Under the pieces are notes generated by a model. The model did not search any database. It saw only the letters and a list, made by a program, of their open reading frames with translations, and was not told the origin of the DNA. Positions 1 to 14,036 of a stretch of DNA of 64,000 nucleotides are shown piece after piece. This DNA comes from Botryllus schlosseri (taxonomy: Eukaryota): assembly GCA_051294905.1 (NCBI GenBank), contig CM119372.1, forward strand, positions 9,054,001 through 9,118,000, in the 5' to 3' direction. The stretch's first letter is position 1; each line of letters starts with the position of its first letter. Position numbers and translations under genes: made by a program.

Positions 1-123
1 GTGGGTGTCTGATTCCATAGACTATTCCAAGTCGCTTCGACATCTTCCTGTCTTGTCATTGTATCGCATTTTTGTGGTGTATTGAACTGATAAAATTGCT
101 AATAAACCAATGATGATGATGAT
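1..123 (+). mobile_element. 3' tail of a non-LTR retrotransposon (LINE/SINE) ending in AATAAA + (ATG)n
   Basis: Near-identical to 7381-7510; reverse-complement copy at 21377-21489 and short copy at 34314-34362; all end ...ctaataaacca(atg)n. Confidence 0.7.
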
Positions 124-2815
124 CAATGATACTTAAACGAAAATCCAATCCACATATTCGGCCAACATGCGTCTATATTGTTGCGTCATGGTTATTTCGC
201 AGCCGATATTTTTGACGCGGAGTCACATGTTGGCAGAAACTTTCTATGTCGTTACGTGCGCTTCAAGGTGGAAATGCTCGGCGCCGAACTTCCGGTTCCC
301 ATCGTCCCGCACTAGTATGTTGTATACCAATAGACTGAAGTATCCCAACTGTGTCAAGTGTATATTTTTAACCGTTTCGCACCGGCGTGTCTATTTTTCG
401 ACATGCCGGTACGAGAGAAGAGTGCCGTAATTGAAACCACGATATATTACATATTAATCGTGCTAAGTCGTTGCTGTTCATTTCTGTGAATAGATATTGT
501 TCGTACAAGTTCATTGATACCTTGTTATTTGATATTTATTATATCGAAGACGTCAAAATCGTATATCAAACACCGTAGATAAATATGTTGTAAAATACAC
601 TGTGTCGGCAATTCGCGCGTCATTGACCACTCTCAGATAACGTTCTGTGTGTTTCGCTCTAGCCGTCTTCGGGCATAGTTGTTTCATTATATCAATAGCT
701 AGTGTCCATACAAGTCCACACATATCTTCATATCTGATATTAGTTACATCTAAGCTGATCAAAAGCTATGTGATAGGCCGCGTGACAAAAATATCCGCCG
801 AGGCATCATTTCGCAGACACGCGCGTTCCTCATGCCCACCATATACACTGTCGTTTAGTTGGTTTTATTCGTCAAAACCAGCTTTAGTTTGTTGCTATGA
901 ATAGCGATTGTCAGTTTCTGTTTATATTGTGCTAAAGCAACTATACTAGTTAGTTCTATACCGCTCAAGGTTTCATTTGAAAACCGGGAAGCGAATTCTG
1001 TCAGACTACCGTACCAGCCTCAAGCACATGGCTGAATACCCGTCACATAACGTGAAATATATCGTGTTCTAATAGGCATACACCTTCCTAGATTGTGTCT
1101 GTGAATTGTTGTTGTCTATATGATTCTAAATAACGGCTAATGGTAAAGTATAATTCGGAATACATACAATATTACCCAGCGATTATACCTACGCAAAAAC
1201 GTGCGTCTGGGTATACAAAGAGCTGTCGTACATCGATATATATCTTACGTTGTAGTAATGATAAGCATTTGCAGTAAATCATTATGGTAAGGACTGTAAA
1301 TATCCGTCTACGAATACTAAAATGACTAATATAGGGTCACAATAGTTTGAGTTATAAGCCTTAGAAGTTACCATACGCGCGCGCATGACTATAGCCATGA
1401 CTCACTCTCTCGGCGGCCTGCCGCGAGCTGACTAAAACGGTCGGTATTGTTTCGATTAGAGATTAGCGCCTGCTAGACGTAGACCGTCGACTCAGGGCTC
1501 TCTAGCTAGAACGATGAATTCTGAGCCTGTACAATACACCAGACTGTATGGTCGTCGAATACCTATACTTAGGTTCATAAGGTCCGCAATTTAGCATTTC
1601 TGCTTCCAAGCAACGTTTTCTCGGCTTGCTCTGGATATAAGTGGCCAGACACAGAGCTCGAAATGATTCGAGTGGCGCAATCGGATCCGCGTTGAAATTC
1701 TGAATCGAACGCTACCTTGTTCACCGTGCTCCAATCCCATTAAGGCACAGTTTTTCGATTTTGAAAATTGAAGTAAAATTTTTCGAAAATTGCAGCCGTT
1801 GCCATTCGGTTAAATGCCTGCAGTCGGATCTCGCCAGTTCGCCCCATATTTTTGTTGTTAGACGGCCCCCACCATCACCAAGTATTGTGTTGTTTTGGTG
1901 GGGGTCTTTTTTCCATGTTTCATGTTCTTCTGGAGAACTGGCCCCGTCCTCTCCTTTCCTTATTCCTTATAATATCGCATTTAATGTATGTGATTTCGCT
2001 CATTTATTTATGTGTAATATTTAATCTTGACCCCGCCATCGTAGATGGCGGGTATTGTTCCAAATATATACACTGTATATTTTTGAGGTGACCGACGTCG
2101 CGACTATATTTATTCTATTCGCATGTTTTTTTTATGATGCATTCGAGAATAAAATATTCCAAACAAAAATAGGAATACACCGTTCTCTCATGACTGCTAA
2201 TACTGCTACACTCATTTCTGGAAATTATTTTTAATTTTTTAATTTTAATATTAATTATATGGGTAGGATAAGGGTTGGTGGGTACCGATAACAAAATAAA
2301 AAAGTATATTGTCGATAAGCGCCACTGTGTTGTGTTCATTAAAAATAATTATTAAGATAAAAATAATCAAGGTCAGTCCCATCGGATAATCTGCTATTGC
2401 ATTCACTCCTTGCAGCTGTTGACTAACAGCATCTTGCATCAGTGGTTAAGGAATGTCCCAAATAGCAATCGGTCACGCGAAACATTTACAACATTTCTTT
2501 CCGGTATTATTTAGAATTCTTCGTTATCAGCAACCGATATGCCTTTAGTAAGTGCACTGTCTAGCGCATACAGTTGGTGGTATAAGCATATGCTCGACAC
2601 GTTCGTTTTCGTGGTGACTATAACTTCGCGGGGCTTTAGTCCACGATATTAGGGACTTGCCATAAAACCAATCTTGCTGCGACATGAAAGTATCTTCGTT
2701 GTACAAAATGTGCATCTAACACGCATATTTATATACAAAGAGCTATAAAATAATCCTAGCATAGATCTGTTGAAGTTGATTGATATGTTCTGATTGTGAC
2801 TATATACGTGTACGA

Positions 2816-5800
2816 ATGGATTGCGGAGCTCAATTCAATGCGAAGTATTTTGGATTCTCATGTGACCATGTGGAGCGTGAACTGTTTTTCAGAACCCAGG
2901 CAAGTATATTATACAGCTGTAATATGCGCAGAGGAAGTCTCGCAAGTTTACCAAATGATATAAGCTTGTTCTTGTATGGATTATGACAATGAGAATCGCG
3001 GAAATGTTTCGCGTTTAGCGTAACAATATAGGTTCTAATTTAACTTCACCCTCCCGTAAGTTAGAGAAGTCGGAGCATTATAGTTAGGGGTTGCATTTAA
3101 AACAAACGGTGTTTTAAAACACTTTGTTTAAAACAATTGAATTTTTAAAAAAGACATAATTATGTTTTTTTCAAACGTTGTATAATTATGCCATAATTAT
3201 GCAATTACTTTCGAAAAACATGTAGTATGAGCCTATGTGAACGATTTGGACAGAATATAGTCGACTTATACGATATGGAGTGGCTGGAAATCGTCGTCGG
3301 TTCGACAAATCGACAGTTAGGCTATAGCCAGTAGACGTAGATTACTGTTACGGAATGGGTGTTCTGATGACGACGACCCCCGACCGTAAAAATGCTGCAC
3401 AACAGTGTAGTCCTGGTTAACGATATTTTGTGTCTGTTTATGACAGCGGTCGGAGGCGCTTTTCGTCGAAGGAGTCATATTTACCATATGTTTTTAATTG
3501 TCAATGCCAATCCACTGTGACGTCACAATCCAAGATTCGTGACGCCATGGCTGAAAAAACAATAAAAAGCATGTTTTAAACAAGGGCCCTGTCTTAAACA
3601 TGGTTGTTTTAAATGTATTTTTGTTTTAAATGCAACCCCAATTAAAATATTATTGGTATCGCGTATCTATTACATGGAGCTGATGAGTTGAGCATAGAAA
3701 TATTTCTATTACAGTGGTGTCAAAGTCGCACAATATTTGTGCTATACCGGCTTTTCATCTGGTGTTATCAAATTGCATGGCTCATTGCCTACTACATCGA
3801 CGTTGCACAGACGAGCCCCGAACGGCTGTCGGTAGGATATCGCTACCTAACAAGATGGGGGTACATTATCAACGTCGTATATTTCACGTTGGCCTTCGTG
3901 CAATCCTTGATCGGGTTCATCAAAAGAAACAAGAAGATGGTGTTTAAGGGTAAGATATTTTCTTTGAAGTGAATTTACGTATAGGCAATACAAAGCTGAT
4001 TTCGGTGTGATGGGGATGGATATGTGTGTGACGCTAATAGGAATACTGCGTTAAAAGTGCATAGTCATTGCGTGTTTGTGAAACCTTCACCCGTGACCAC
4101 ATGAATGACGCAATGATATGCATGGTTTCTGCTGCTTCCCATGGACAGTAAATTTCCGTTGATATAATATCAGTCAAGTTGAAAAAAGACGAGCAACCTC
4201 AATCGCAGTTATATCGTATACTGGAATGTCTACATAATCGTGTTAGTCTAGCGATAGCTCCACGCAGAGAGATAGACGGTTCATGTAATAGTAGTACTAC
4301 CATCATGTGGGCTATCGATTTTTTTTGTTATTGCTAAAAATCTGGTTTCCGGATCTAGCGGTTGCGGTCCCAATGAGTCATATTTTCTCATTAAATAGGA
4401 CATATATACAAATTAATTTACTACTGGATTAGTTACATATCCTCGGATGATAATAATGAGTTTGTTGGATCTAATTCAAGTTATATACAATAACGATATA
4501 GCCTAACATCTACGACTCACGGGTCATGGTATTCGAGAGTCACTTTGGAATTCGAATGCAAAAGTAAATATTGAATCCCGAAATATTTTCGAGGTAATCG
4601 TAGTATTTTTTAGAATTCATCTGCTTAAAAAACATCATTTACATTTTACTATGATATGTAGTGAACATATAGGAGGATCTCGAAACGATTCCGATGTCTT
4701 AATCTGACACCCACCTCTGTCTAGTCCCGATGTAACAGTATTCGATCTTGATGCTTTCACTGTCAATTCTTTTCTTTGGTGCTTTCCTCGCACTCTGTCA
4801 TTCTCTTCCCATCTGCTTCCGTCATCGGTTTTTTCGCAGGATGTTTATGTAGACACGTCACAAGGGAGGTGCCTAGATAAACCTCCTACGCTTCGAAACG
4901 TGTTACTGTTGAGCCTCCAACCATGTTTTCTCGCGTCCCTGGCGGTGGATTAACCCACTACATGCCCAACCCGCATAGGCCGTAGAAGAAATCAAGAGTT
5001 TAAATATATCTATAAAATACAGATTACGTCCAATCTTGTCAGTAATCATCGGCAATAGACTAACTCTTTTTATATAGGCTAATGAACGAAGATGTATGTT
5101 CAATTGTGGATTGTTCAATGTTCATATAATCCGATTTATGCTGATTCTTACGCGAAACATATCGTGAAAAATAGTGATTGTTCATTCTGAGTGATGCCTA
5201 TCTATATATTCCATTACGAGTGCAGATGTTTTAGATACCAAAATACAAAAGTGGAAATATACCATAGATATAATATCGATGTCATCGGAAAATACTAACA
5301 CTTACACAGTTCTATATCCCTGAATTTTTATAAGATTTTTCATGCTACTTAATTATCGTGGAGATTTATTGCTGTGTTTCAGAATCTCGTCTGATGCTCA
5401 TCCTACGTTCCGTTGTTTGGATGTTACACTCCGTTGGTCAATCAGTATCGCTCCTGATAGTGGTGCTCTTTTGGGTTTTCCTTTCACCCGCTAGCAGGTC
5501 CCCTCCCACACCTGTGACCGCATTCACAATCGACACTCACGGCATAAATTTTCTTCTCTATCTGGTTGAGATTATCACCGTGGCTTTCCCCATGCGATTG
5601 CTCCACGCGATCTACCCAATTATATTTGGATTGCTGTACGTTTTAGCGTCAGTTCTCATGCACGTAACCGGAGATATTTCGGCGATATATCCCCTGCTGA
5701 ATTGGGCCAACGCACCCGGCCAATCAGCTGGTGTTGGCATAGCGGCCGCCGTCGGTGGAGGTGTAGTAGGACATTCCATGATGTTTGGATTGTATCGCCT

Positions 5801-5894
5801 TAGAGTTTTTATTTCAAATCGTTGTTGGCCCAATTCCACTGCAACCGTTGGCCTGCGTGCGTCAGCGAATGCAGCCTACGAAGTCGATGTTTAG
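2816..5894 (+). CDS. rost: Protein rolling stone-like multi-pass membrane protein, paralogue 1 (276 aa, 3 exons)
   Basis: Exons 2816-2899 (MDCGAQF...FFRTQ, GC donor gcaagt), 3715-3949 (WCQS...YRYLTRWG), 5383-5894 (HGIN...P.RLLHAIYP...IYPLLNW); phases 0/1 are consistent; FxxxQW, YLTxW, HxxN, PxRLLH and IYxxLxW motifs as recalled for the rolling stone family. Confidence 0.8.
3085..3640. mobile_element. hAT-type MITE in intron 1 of paralogue 1
   Basis: TIRs tagggg-ttgcatttaaaacaaa / tttgttttaaatgcaacccca; degenerate 8-bp TSD attatagt/attaaaat; homologous to 11627-12040. Confidence 0.7.
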
Positions 5895-6568
5895 TAATAA
5901 TCAGGCTCTTCTATTTGAAAATGCTGTCACACTTTATAATGAAGGAATTTGGTAACTGCTAAATTGATAACAATGTTCGTGGTTTGTCGAAAGATGTCAT
6001 ATACATTCACTCGAAGTGAAACTGTGGATCCGAACGCGCAAAAGTTGCCCAGCCCCCGTATTGGTAAATAAGAACCACCCTAATGGGTATTATGACACAT
6101 ATGGATATGTGACAGGTGCATCATTGCGCAAAAACATTAAAAATGAACGCTCAACAATGGACATATATATATATATTACTATAGCATCGTCCTCTACACC
6201 CTAACTTAGCCTCCTGTGAATATGCGGGCCAGCGAAGATGATGATACGGGCAATCGGACATATGAAAATCGAGACAGACAGATGGTGAAAGAGAATGAGC
6301 GTGAAAGTTGCGTGGCAATCGACGCTACCCTGGTTTATCGCATCTCGAACAAGCCTGACTCCGCTGGCTTGAACGGTGAACAATCGCATCTGCAATAGGC
6401 CCAGTTCACACTATGACTATATCATTGCTTGCATGCACAGCACAATCGCATCTGCCTTGGTGGCTTCGGCCTGGTGTGCACGATACCATCGCTGGCCTAC
6501 ACGATAGCATCTTTAATAGGCCTGGTGCGAAAAAATATCATTGCGTGTCGGCCTGTCGGGCCTAGCAG

Positions 6569-7186
6569 TAGGGCTGTTCAAAAATAACTTTTTTTTCCGG
6601 ATTCCAGCCATTCAGTGATTAAATTGTCAGTTTACCTTAAAAAACGCTGCACACCAAATTTGGTTCAATTCTAACAAGTATAGGGCTCCGCGGATCCAAT
6701 TAAAATTTTTAATTTATACAGGAAAATTGAAAAAAAAAATTTTTCAAATTTTTCTGTCAACCCCATGAAATTGTTGAGCTGTCTTCAGAGACGATGCAAA
6801 AAAAATTGGACTCAATTCGGACTAGTAGAAGTGGAGTTATTGGAGTTTTTCGTTGATAATTCTCCAATTATCCTTGATTGGTGGATAATCCGAGAATTAT
6901 CAACGAAAAACTCAAATAACTCCGTTTCTACTGGTTGGAATTGACTCAAATTTCATTTGCATGGTCTTTGAAGACATCTCAACATTTTCATGGGGTTGAG
7001 AGAAAAATTTGAAATTTTTTTTTTTTAATTTTACGTAGTAAATTAAAAATTTTAATTGGCTCTGCGGCCGCTTAGACATGTTCGAATTGAACCAAATTTG
7101 GTGTGCAGGCTTTGTTGTGGCAACCTGACAATTTAATCAGTGAATGGCTGGAATCAGGGAAAAAAAGTTATTTTTGAACAGCCCTA
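6569..7186. mobile_element. hAT-type foldback MITE
   Basis: TIR TAGGGCTGTTCAAAAATAACTTTTTTT; imperfectly palindromic over the whole 618 bp; perfect 8-bp TSD CCTAGCAG (6561-6568, 7187-7194). Confidence 0.9.
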
Positions 7187-7194
7187 CCTAGCAG

Positions 7195-7510
7195 GCTTTG
7201 GCTCCTATCCCTCGCTGGTTTGGAGACAATTCGGTCGAGTTTACGCTGATTAGTGATTGTTTTATGTCATATTCATTAAACATGACATGCCGCCCTATTT
7301 ATTGTCGCTTTCTTTTTCTATACTATCTTCTTTATTTTCATTCAGTGTGCATGCCTCCTCTTTACATCGCCTAGGCCAAGGTGGGTGTCAGATTCCATAG
7401 ACTGCTCCTTGTCGCTTCGACACCTTCCTGTCTTTTCATTGTATCGCATTTTTTGTGGTGTATTGAACTGATAAAATTGCTAATAAACCAATGATGATGA
7501 TGATGATGAT
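7195..7510 (+). mobile_element. 5'-truncated non-LTR retrotransposon 3' UTR with (ATG)n tail
   Basis: Last ~130 bp match 1-123; AATAAA then ATG repeats; 5' boundary uncertain. Confidence 0.6.
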
Positions 7511-9608
7511 TAAAGAACGACATCACGAAACTGAATATCATCGAATCGCTGCAAAAACAGACTTTAAGGTGCGTAATTGATTCCCGCTAATACTTGTACG
7601 TAACGTTCAGAAGATGTGTATCATGGCTTGAGTTCTAAAAGACGACAAAGGTCTGAACCAACTGAAATCGGTGCCATCAAGTTAGGACATTTTGATTTGC
7701 GAAACTGTCGCTGAGGCTGCGCATTACGCGCGCGTATTGTTCACCAGAGATCAGTGACTCGCTAATTGACAGCACTTTCGGACTCTTTGGCAAGCTTATC
7801 ATACGCTTAATATCGTCAATAAGAAGAAATTATATGATCGTCATTTACACACGTTTAAATCCGAATTGAATAGATGCGATATTGGTAAATTTGAAAAAAA
7901 AATCCGTATACCTCAAATTTTCCGATTGTCTACGCGCCTAGTACAGTACATAGTATACAGAGAAGTCCCATCATCATAGATCTCCTCTCCCGATCACGCG
8001 CCCAAATAGACGTTCTGCTTTTCTAAAATCTAAATTGTTTTCGCCCATGTTCGTTTACAAGACCATTCTTGAGCTAGCGAGCTTCGTGATGGTCTTGGTA
8101 ATCGCAGCGCGAGGGTGTGTTGGGTTGGTGTGTGCCTGCAAATTAGAGTTCATTTCTGCGCATATTCGTTTCTCTAACAAGGCTTTGTCAGTGACATTAA
8201 TTGGGAAATGAAGCAATACAGCTTAAACACCGACGTAATGAGAAAACAATTGTCGTGACGAAAGCTACTCAATTAGGTGTCAGACTCAAATCCCATTCGT
8301 GGCGATGCTGATTAGAATACACGCTTTCTCGTTTGTTATCACCCCTGTTCTAGCCCTTAGTCGTTACATTAAATAGGAATAGGCCGTTAAATATAGTTCC
8401 TAGACCTATTTGCGGCATATACAACGAACCAATGTACTCCAAAAATGCTTCGCGAACGAAAATCGGGAAATGCACCAATGCCGCCAATATCGCTGTTTTA
8501 ATCTGCAAACAATTGCCGCAACGCGAGCTACTCAAAGCGAAGCCAGAAACCGCAATAAACAATTGCTGATTGGCTGCGCTGTTTCGCGTTTGTAATCATC
8601 ATTATTCTCTGCTTGAAACCTCATTCGAGAGTTGCGGTGTGTTACTTGCGAACTTGCCAGGCCAGTGCGTATAGTGTATATGGCTACTCACACGGCGCAT
8701 CGCGCGTTAATAACATTGATGCAACTCCAAATTCTCAGTGACGTAAATTCTGATTTTTGTCGGACGAATGATCGTACCATTTTAAGATTCCATTCAATAA
8801 CTCGACTGCATGGTTTGATATTAATGAGTGCTGGGCCGGTATTAAAACGTCACACTGATGATTTAACGCTGCACGTACACCAGCGGCACATAGTAAAGTG
8901 CGTTTTAGTGCGACGATGATGTCATCGACATGGAACAATTATGACGTCACGAGACTTCGCCACCTCGTTAAAAAATAATAGTCGGCGCCTATGGCTGGGA
9001 CAATGCAGTTTCCCTACGGGACGAGCCGCCACTGAGACGTGATTAATTGCGAGAAACAGATATTACTGGAAAATAAATGATTTGAAATTCATAAGAATAT
9101 TCACTGAAGACACAATGCCATAATCCTCAACTTAAAACATAATCCCGATTTTGTGCATGTTAGTGAGCCTATAACCACGCGGTCACACTACAACTGAGTT
9201 CGGTAAACATTGCTTTGTCTGCCTTGTTATTTGTTGCTCATCGTGGCACAAAGCGCTTATACATTCGATATCTCATCAACTTCACACAATGGTCGGACCG
9301 TCTTTATTTCGCCATTGTCATAAATAATTTCATATCCTTTCGTTTGTCAAAGATTCTTTGAGGTTTTGACCAGATATCGTGCAGACATACATTTCTGTGG
9401 TGTAATATTGACGAATCGGTGAAGCCAATAACAATTGTCGCGTTGGCGAAATCAAGACCAAATCCACTATAGTCTTGAATGCGCTTTTGCACGAAAGGAA
9501 GGCAGCATTAGTCAATATAGTTCTGTAGCATAGATATTATAGACAACGGCGATTGGACAACGAAGCAGCTGATGTATAGGAAGGGCTTGTGAATACTCTG
9601 ATACGAAG

Positions 9609-12600
9609 ATGGGGTGCCGTGGAGAATTCAGAGTAAAGAATCTTCTATTTTCATGCAACGATGAGGAACGCGACCTATTTTTTAGGACGCAGGTTCGTAT
9701 TCGTTGTACAAAAACCCAGATTGGAGTCGTGCGATATCGAACGGAAGCACCTGCAGATACGTTAGCAATCCTTTTCAAATTGAAATAAAGACTAGATTGC
9801 AAAATAAAACACAGAAGGCATTACGATTGAAGTTTAGAAACGAAGGTCAAAAACATGTAGGCCTATATTACACTGGTCAATACATATTTTTAGGCAGACA
9901 AAATAAGAATGATTTTGGGGGCTCTGAAGGGCACTGATTCCGAATGTGACCTTAGTTTTTTCAAATTGGCTCTATTTTTGGAAATAATCCTTGGCGTTAT
10001 TTTGACTAAAATCTCATATTTTCGCTGTATGGGCTGGATAACAAATCGGCTCAGTCGTACTATAAAGTTCAGAAATTCAATCTACTTGTTATTTTGACAC
10101 GCTGAAGACTGTTTTGAATCAAAATTCATCAACAGAATTATATTTCGGGGCATTAGATTTATCATAATTGGAGACTTTCATGGATATCATGTACATAAAT
10201 AAACTTCAATCATGTATATGAGTATTTAACTAAATACTCAAATAACGTTGCATTAATTGAATCAGTTTTATGTCAACCACCTATTTTAAATTCAAAATAT
10301 TCAGTTGGGATATTATATTAATAACTTATCTTAAAGCAAAATTGGTTCTTGTACTATTTTCGGTTGTAGGCAATTTGGTGCAGTTTTTCGAAAGGTTCCA
10401 GCAATAGTCTGTCATAATATGTTCGTCGCATCTGCACTGATATCTTTCTTTTTGGGTTTTGGTGTATTGGTGGAACCTTTCCCCTATCTAATCAACAATA
10501 TTATCAGAAAATATATCAAGATGACTGAACACGAAGTGAGATGCTCATGTTTGCTCCAAGGTTTCCATATGCAGATGTCAATTCTCGGACCAACTGTTTG
10601 TAGTTGAGTGCTTTGTGATCTTCCAAAAAGTTTTATTTACTACATCCTAGAAGTGATTCCATGCAGTGAGCACCTTTCTTAATATGAAATTGTAATCCTT
10701 GGTCCGTATTCGAATCTGAGGTCCATCAAATATTCAAGATTTAATCTTCTAGTTTGATATGGATACCATAGGTATACCCACTTTGTTGGCTTTACGGAAA
10801 AATTATCCATTTACAAGTGAAAAGAGATGAGATGCATATGCGTATTTTAGTTAAGCTTTCCAGGGACAAACTTGATAGCTTTATATTCATCTTCATCTTA
10901 GCAGACTGACCAATTGGTACAGGAGATAATATATTTCCATTGTGCAAAAGTACAATTTTTAGGCTTGACAAACTGCTTTTTTAACAAAGTTCTCGCATTA
11001 GGTCATGCTAATATTGATGGAATAACTGAGAACGACATGAGTGTTCATCAAGGTAAATTATTTATTTATGCGTAGTATAAAAGTAGAAAAGTCTAAGATT
11101 TACTTCCTACCAAGTGAAATATTCAAGGGAGAATGCAGTGATTTTAAGATTTTTTAGGGGTATAAATATCTTCTTTTTTAGCGCCAATCTGGCAAAACTA
11201 ATGTGATATTCGTAATCAGCAACCTTGAAAACCCCAGAATCGGCCCCTAGATGTTCTGCCATTTTTTTTCTTCATTTGTTGACCACTGTCATTTATCATC
11301 CTTTATCTTTATCGTTTATTGAGTTAACTTTGATTGTTAATTGTTATATTATTGCGCTCTGCAGCACTCCAAAAGCCGTACAATCTACTTGGTGTATCGC
11401 ATTTGTGTCTGGATGTACCACTTTGGATGGTTTCTCGCCGGGTACATTCATCATTCCATTTTTGTTCCTGTGAATGTTGTTGTTGGATATCGATACTTGA
11501 CGAGATGGGGACACTTCATCAACATGGTCTATTTCACAATTGCACTCATCTATTCTATCATTGGATTCGTGCGGAGGAATAAAGCAAGTACTGAGCCAGG
11601 TATATTTCAATAGCTATACCTGCAGCTAGGGTTGCATATAAAACAAATGGTTGTTTGAAACACTTTGTTTAAAACATGTTTTAAACAAAGGCCTTTAAAA
11701 AAATAATTGTGTTTTTTTAGTTGTAAAATTATGCCATAATTCTGTAACTAATTTCCCAAAAAACATGTTGTATGAGCCTACGGACAATTATCACCCGATA
11801 TAGCCGACGTATATGGATATGGGAGGGTTGAAACTCTCAAAATAGTCGGTCCCACAGCTATAGTACAAAGGAGCTATATTTACCCTATATTTACAATTGG
11901 CAATATCCATCCACTATGACATCACAATTGAATATTCGTGACGTCATGGCTTGAAAAAAAAACACAAGACATGTTTTGAACAAGGGCCTTGTTTTAAAAA
12001 TGTGTGCTAGAGATTAATTTTTGCTTTAAATGCAACCCTACATGCAGCCTTGGTGCTGCATGGTTCTAATTTGAGGGGTTTCGAGAACCACGGTCAATTG
12101 GTCAGTTTCCACAATTCCATACGCTCGTTACTGCGGACTTAGAGCAAGACCCACCAGGCATTCGTAAGATTATCGAATGTTTACATTCGATAGTAAGATA
12201 CTACCTGCATATCTTGCGCGGTGACGGATGCCTTTGACACCAGAACTGAGATTAAACAGTCCACCAGGGTCACAACCCTAGTCGCTAGTGAAGTCGCTCC
12301 CGCCCCGATGCGTTTCTTTCGCAACTTCGCACTACATATTGTGAAATATGGATCAGTTTATCGGAGACCTCCAGAGTGAAGGTAATACATTGTAGCATAT
12401 AGAACTATATGGCATTCGTAATAACAGAGACGAATCTTATGATATTCGTATTGGTGCAAATCTTGACTCTAGCAACCACATGAATTCAAATGCTTCGATT
12501 AGAACACAAGGTATGTAAAACGATAACGACACGGGCCGTGCAATGATGGACGAGGAGATTACAAAATCTGATGAAAAACTATCACTGATACTCAACCCAT

Positions 12601-14036
12601 GCCTGATATGAAGGCATCATGGTGACTGGATATTTAATTGCGCCGTTTTTCCGGCTTGATCATCGTTGGTGACTTCATCCATCAAGCAGATGTTGTGTTC
12701 CGCAAAGCTCTTCGCAACTGACCAACACCTAGCCAATCGCAGATTAATTAATCACTACGATACCGAATTTGACTACTGGAATATGTGTTCAGTAATTTAA
12801 TACCTCTGCCTCTACAAATAGCTGTCAGCGATGCCTTGGACTGTGTGTGCACCTGCACGCACATATCATTTTATTCTTCTTTTCAACTATTACCATCTCA
12901 TCCGGTCAGCTATCATATCTTGTACGGCAGAATATCTTGGCGGATTATTTCAAAAATAAATCAAATGTGGTAGCCCAATGTTGAAGCTTTGTATAGGCTA
13001 AGTAGCCCACTATGCACGTGCACCGTGCAGTTTCTCGCTCGAGAAATACCATAAATAACTAACCTACGGAGGTTAGTTATTTACAGAAATATGCACTCAG
13101 TTAACTCATTATTTCCACCCCATGATGACGTAGAACTCGTCTTAGTGAAAAAGCGAGATAGCCGCGAGTGGCGTTGCGAGTGAATATTGTACGTGTTGAC
13201 AAAATTTCTGCAGATTTCAAAACAATGTATGTATGATTGAACGAATGTATGAACGAATGAATCTGGATGAATGAGAGAACCGAAACCCTGAGTGCGAATG
13301 ACCGTGAATCACCGTGAGAATTCGTCTTATTTATAGTAGTTACCTGCTTATTAGCTCGCTCGTCCATCCTTTCATAAATGTAGTCTCGATGAAAAATATC
13401 GTTTATCGGTGACATCCAAAGGTGATAGCGTGGCCGTCGAAATCAATTAGTATTTCTCAAAGACGATTGCCTCGATTTATTGTTTCCAGAACATAAATGT
13501 AATGATCGTATCTGTTGTTTTTAGAATCACGTCCGATGCTGATATTACGATCCATGAAATGGATGCTCCACTCCATCGGTCAGAGCACATCTTTGATTAT
13601 TACAATACTTTACTGGGCGTTCGTATTCAACCAAGCATCTTCGGGCAATGCGCCCAGCGCTTTCAACGTAGATACGCATGCCGTGCAATTAATTTTGTAC
13701 CTCATTGAGATTTTCGTTGTGGGTTTCCCCATGAGACTTTTGCACGCGATATACCCAGCTTTGTTTGGACTGGTCTATGTCATTGCAACAGTCATCATCC
13801 ACGCTGCCGGGGATGACTCGGCGATCTATACCTTCGTGGACTGGGAGAACCAACCAGGCAGAGCCGCTGGGATCGGAATCGCAATTTCTATTTGTGGAAG
13901 TGTGTTGTGTCATGCCCTTATGTTCGGGCTGTATCGCTTGAGGGTATTTCTTGCTGGGAGATGTTGCCCCTCTTCTTCCGGAGTTAAATCGAATCTGTCG
14001 TCAGTTAATCCCGCATTCGAAGCGGATGGGCCATAG
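9609..14036 (+). CDS. rost: Protein rolling stone-like membrane protein, paralogue 2 (276 aa, 3 exons)
   Basis: Exons 9609-9692 (MGCRGEF...LFFRTQ), 11365-11599, 13525-14036; lengths 84/235/512 identical to paralogue 1; YRYLTRWG and PMRLLHAIYP conserved. Confidence 0.8.
9910..11250 (-). mobile_element. Decayed DNA transposon with transposase pseudogene (Tc1/mariner-like by recalled motifs)
   Basis: Imperfect inverted repeats at ~9910-9975 and ~11180-11250; minus-strand fragments at 10390-10900: IFDGPQIR, NFLEDHKALNYKQLV...LGANMS, SHLDIF, GERFHQ, RYQ...MTDYCWNL, with stops and frameshifts. Confidence 0.7.
11627..12040. mobile_element. hAT-type MITE in intron 2 of paralogue 2
   Basis: TIR TAGGGTTGCA/TGCAACCCTA; TSD cctgcagc/catgcagc (7/8); same family as 3085-3640. 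Confidence 0.8.

Noticed and set aside
167..2440. Short ORFs at the window start
   Set aside because: No recognisable motifs, splice-consistent partners or coding signal
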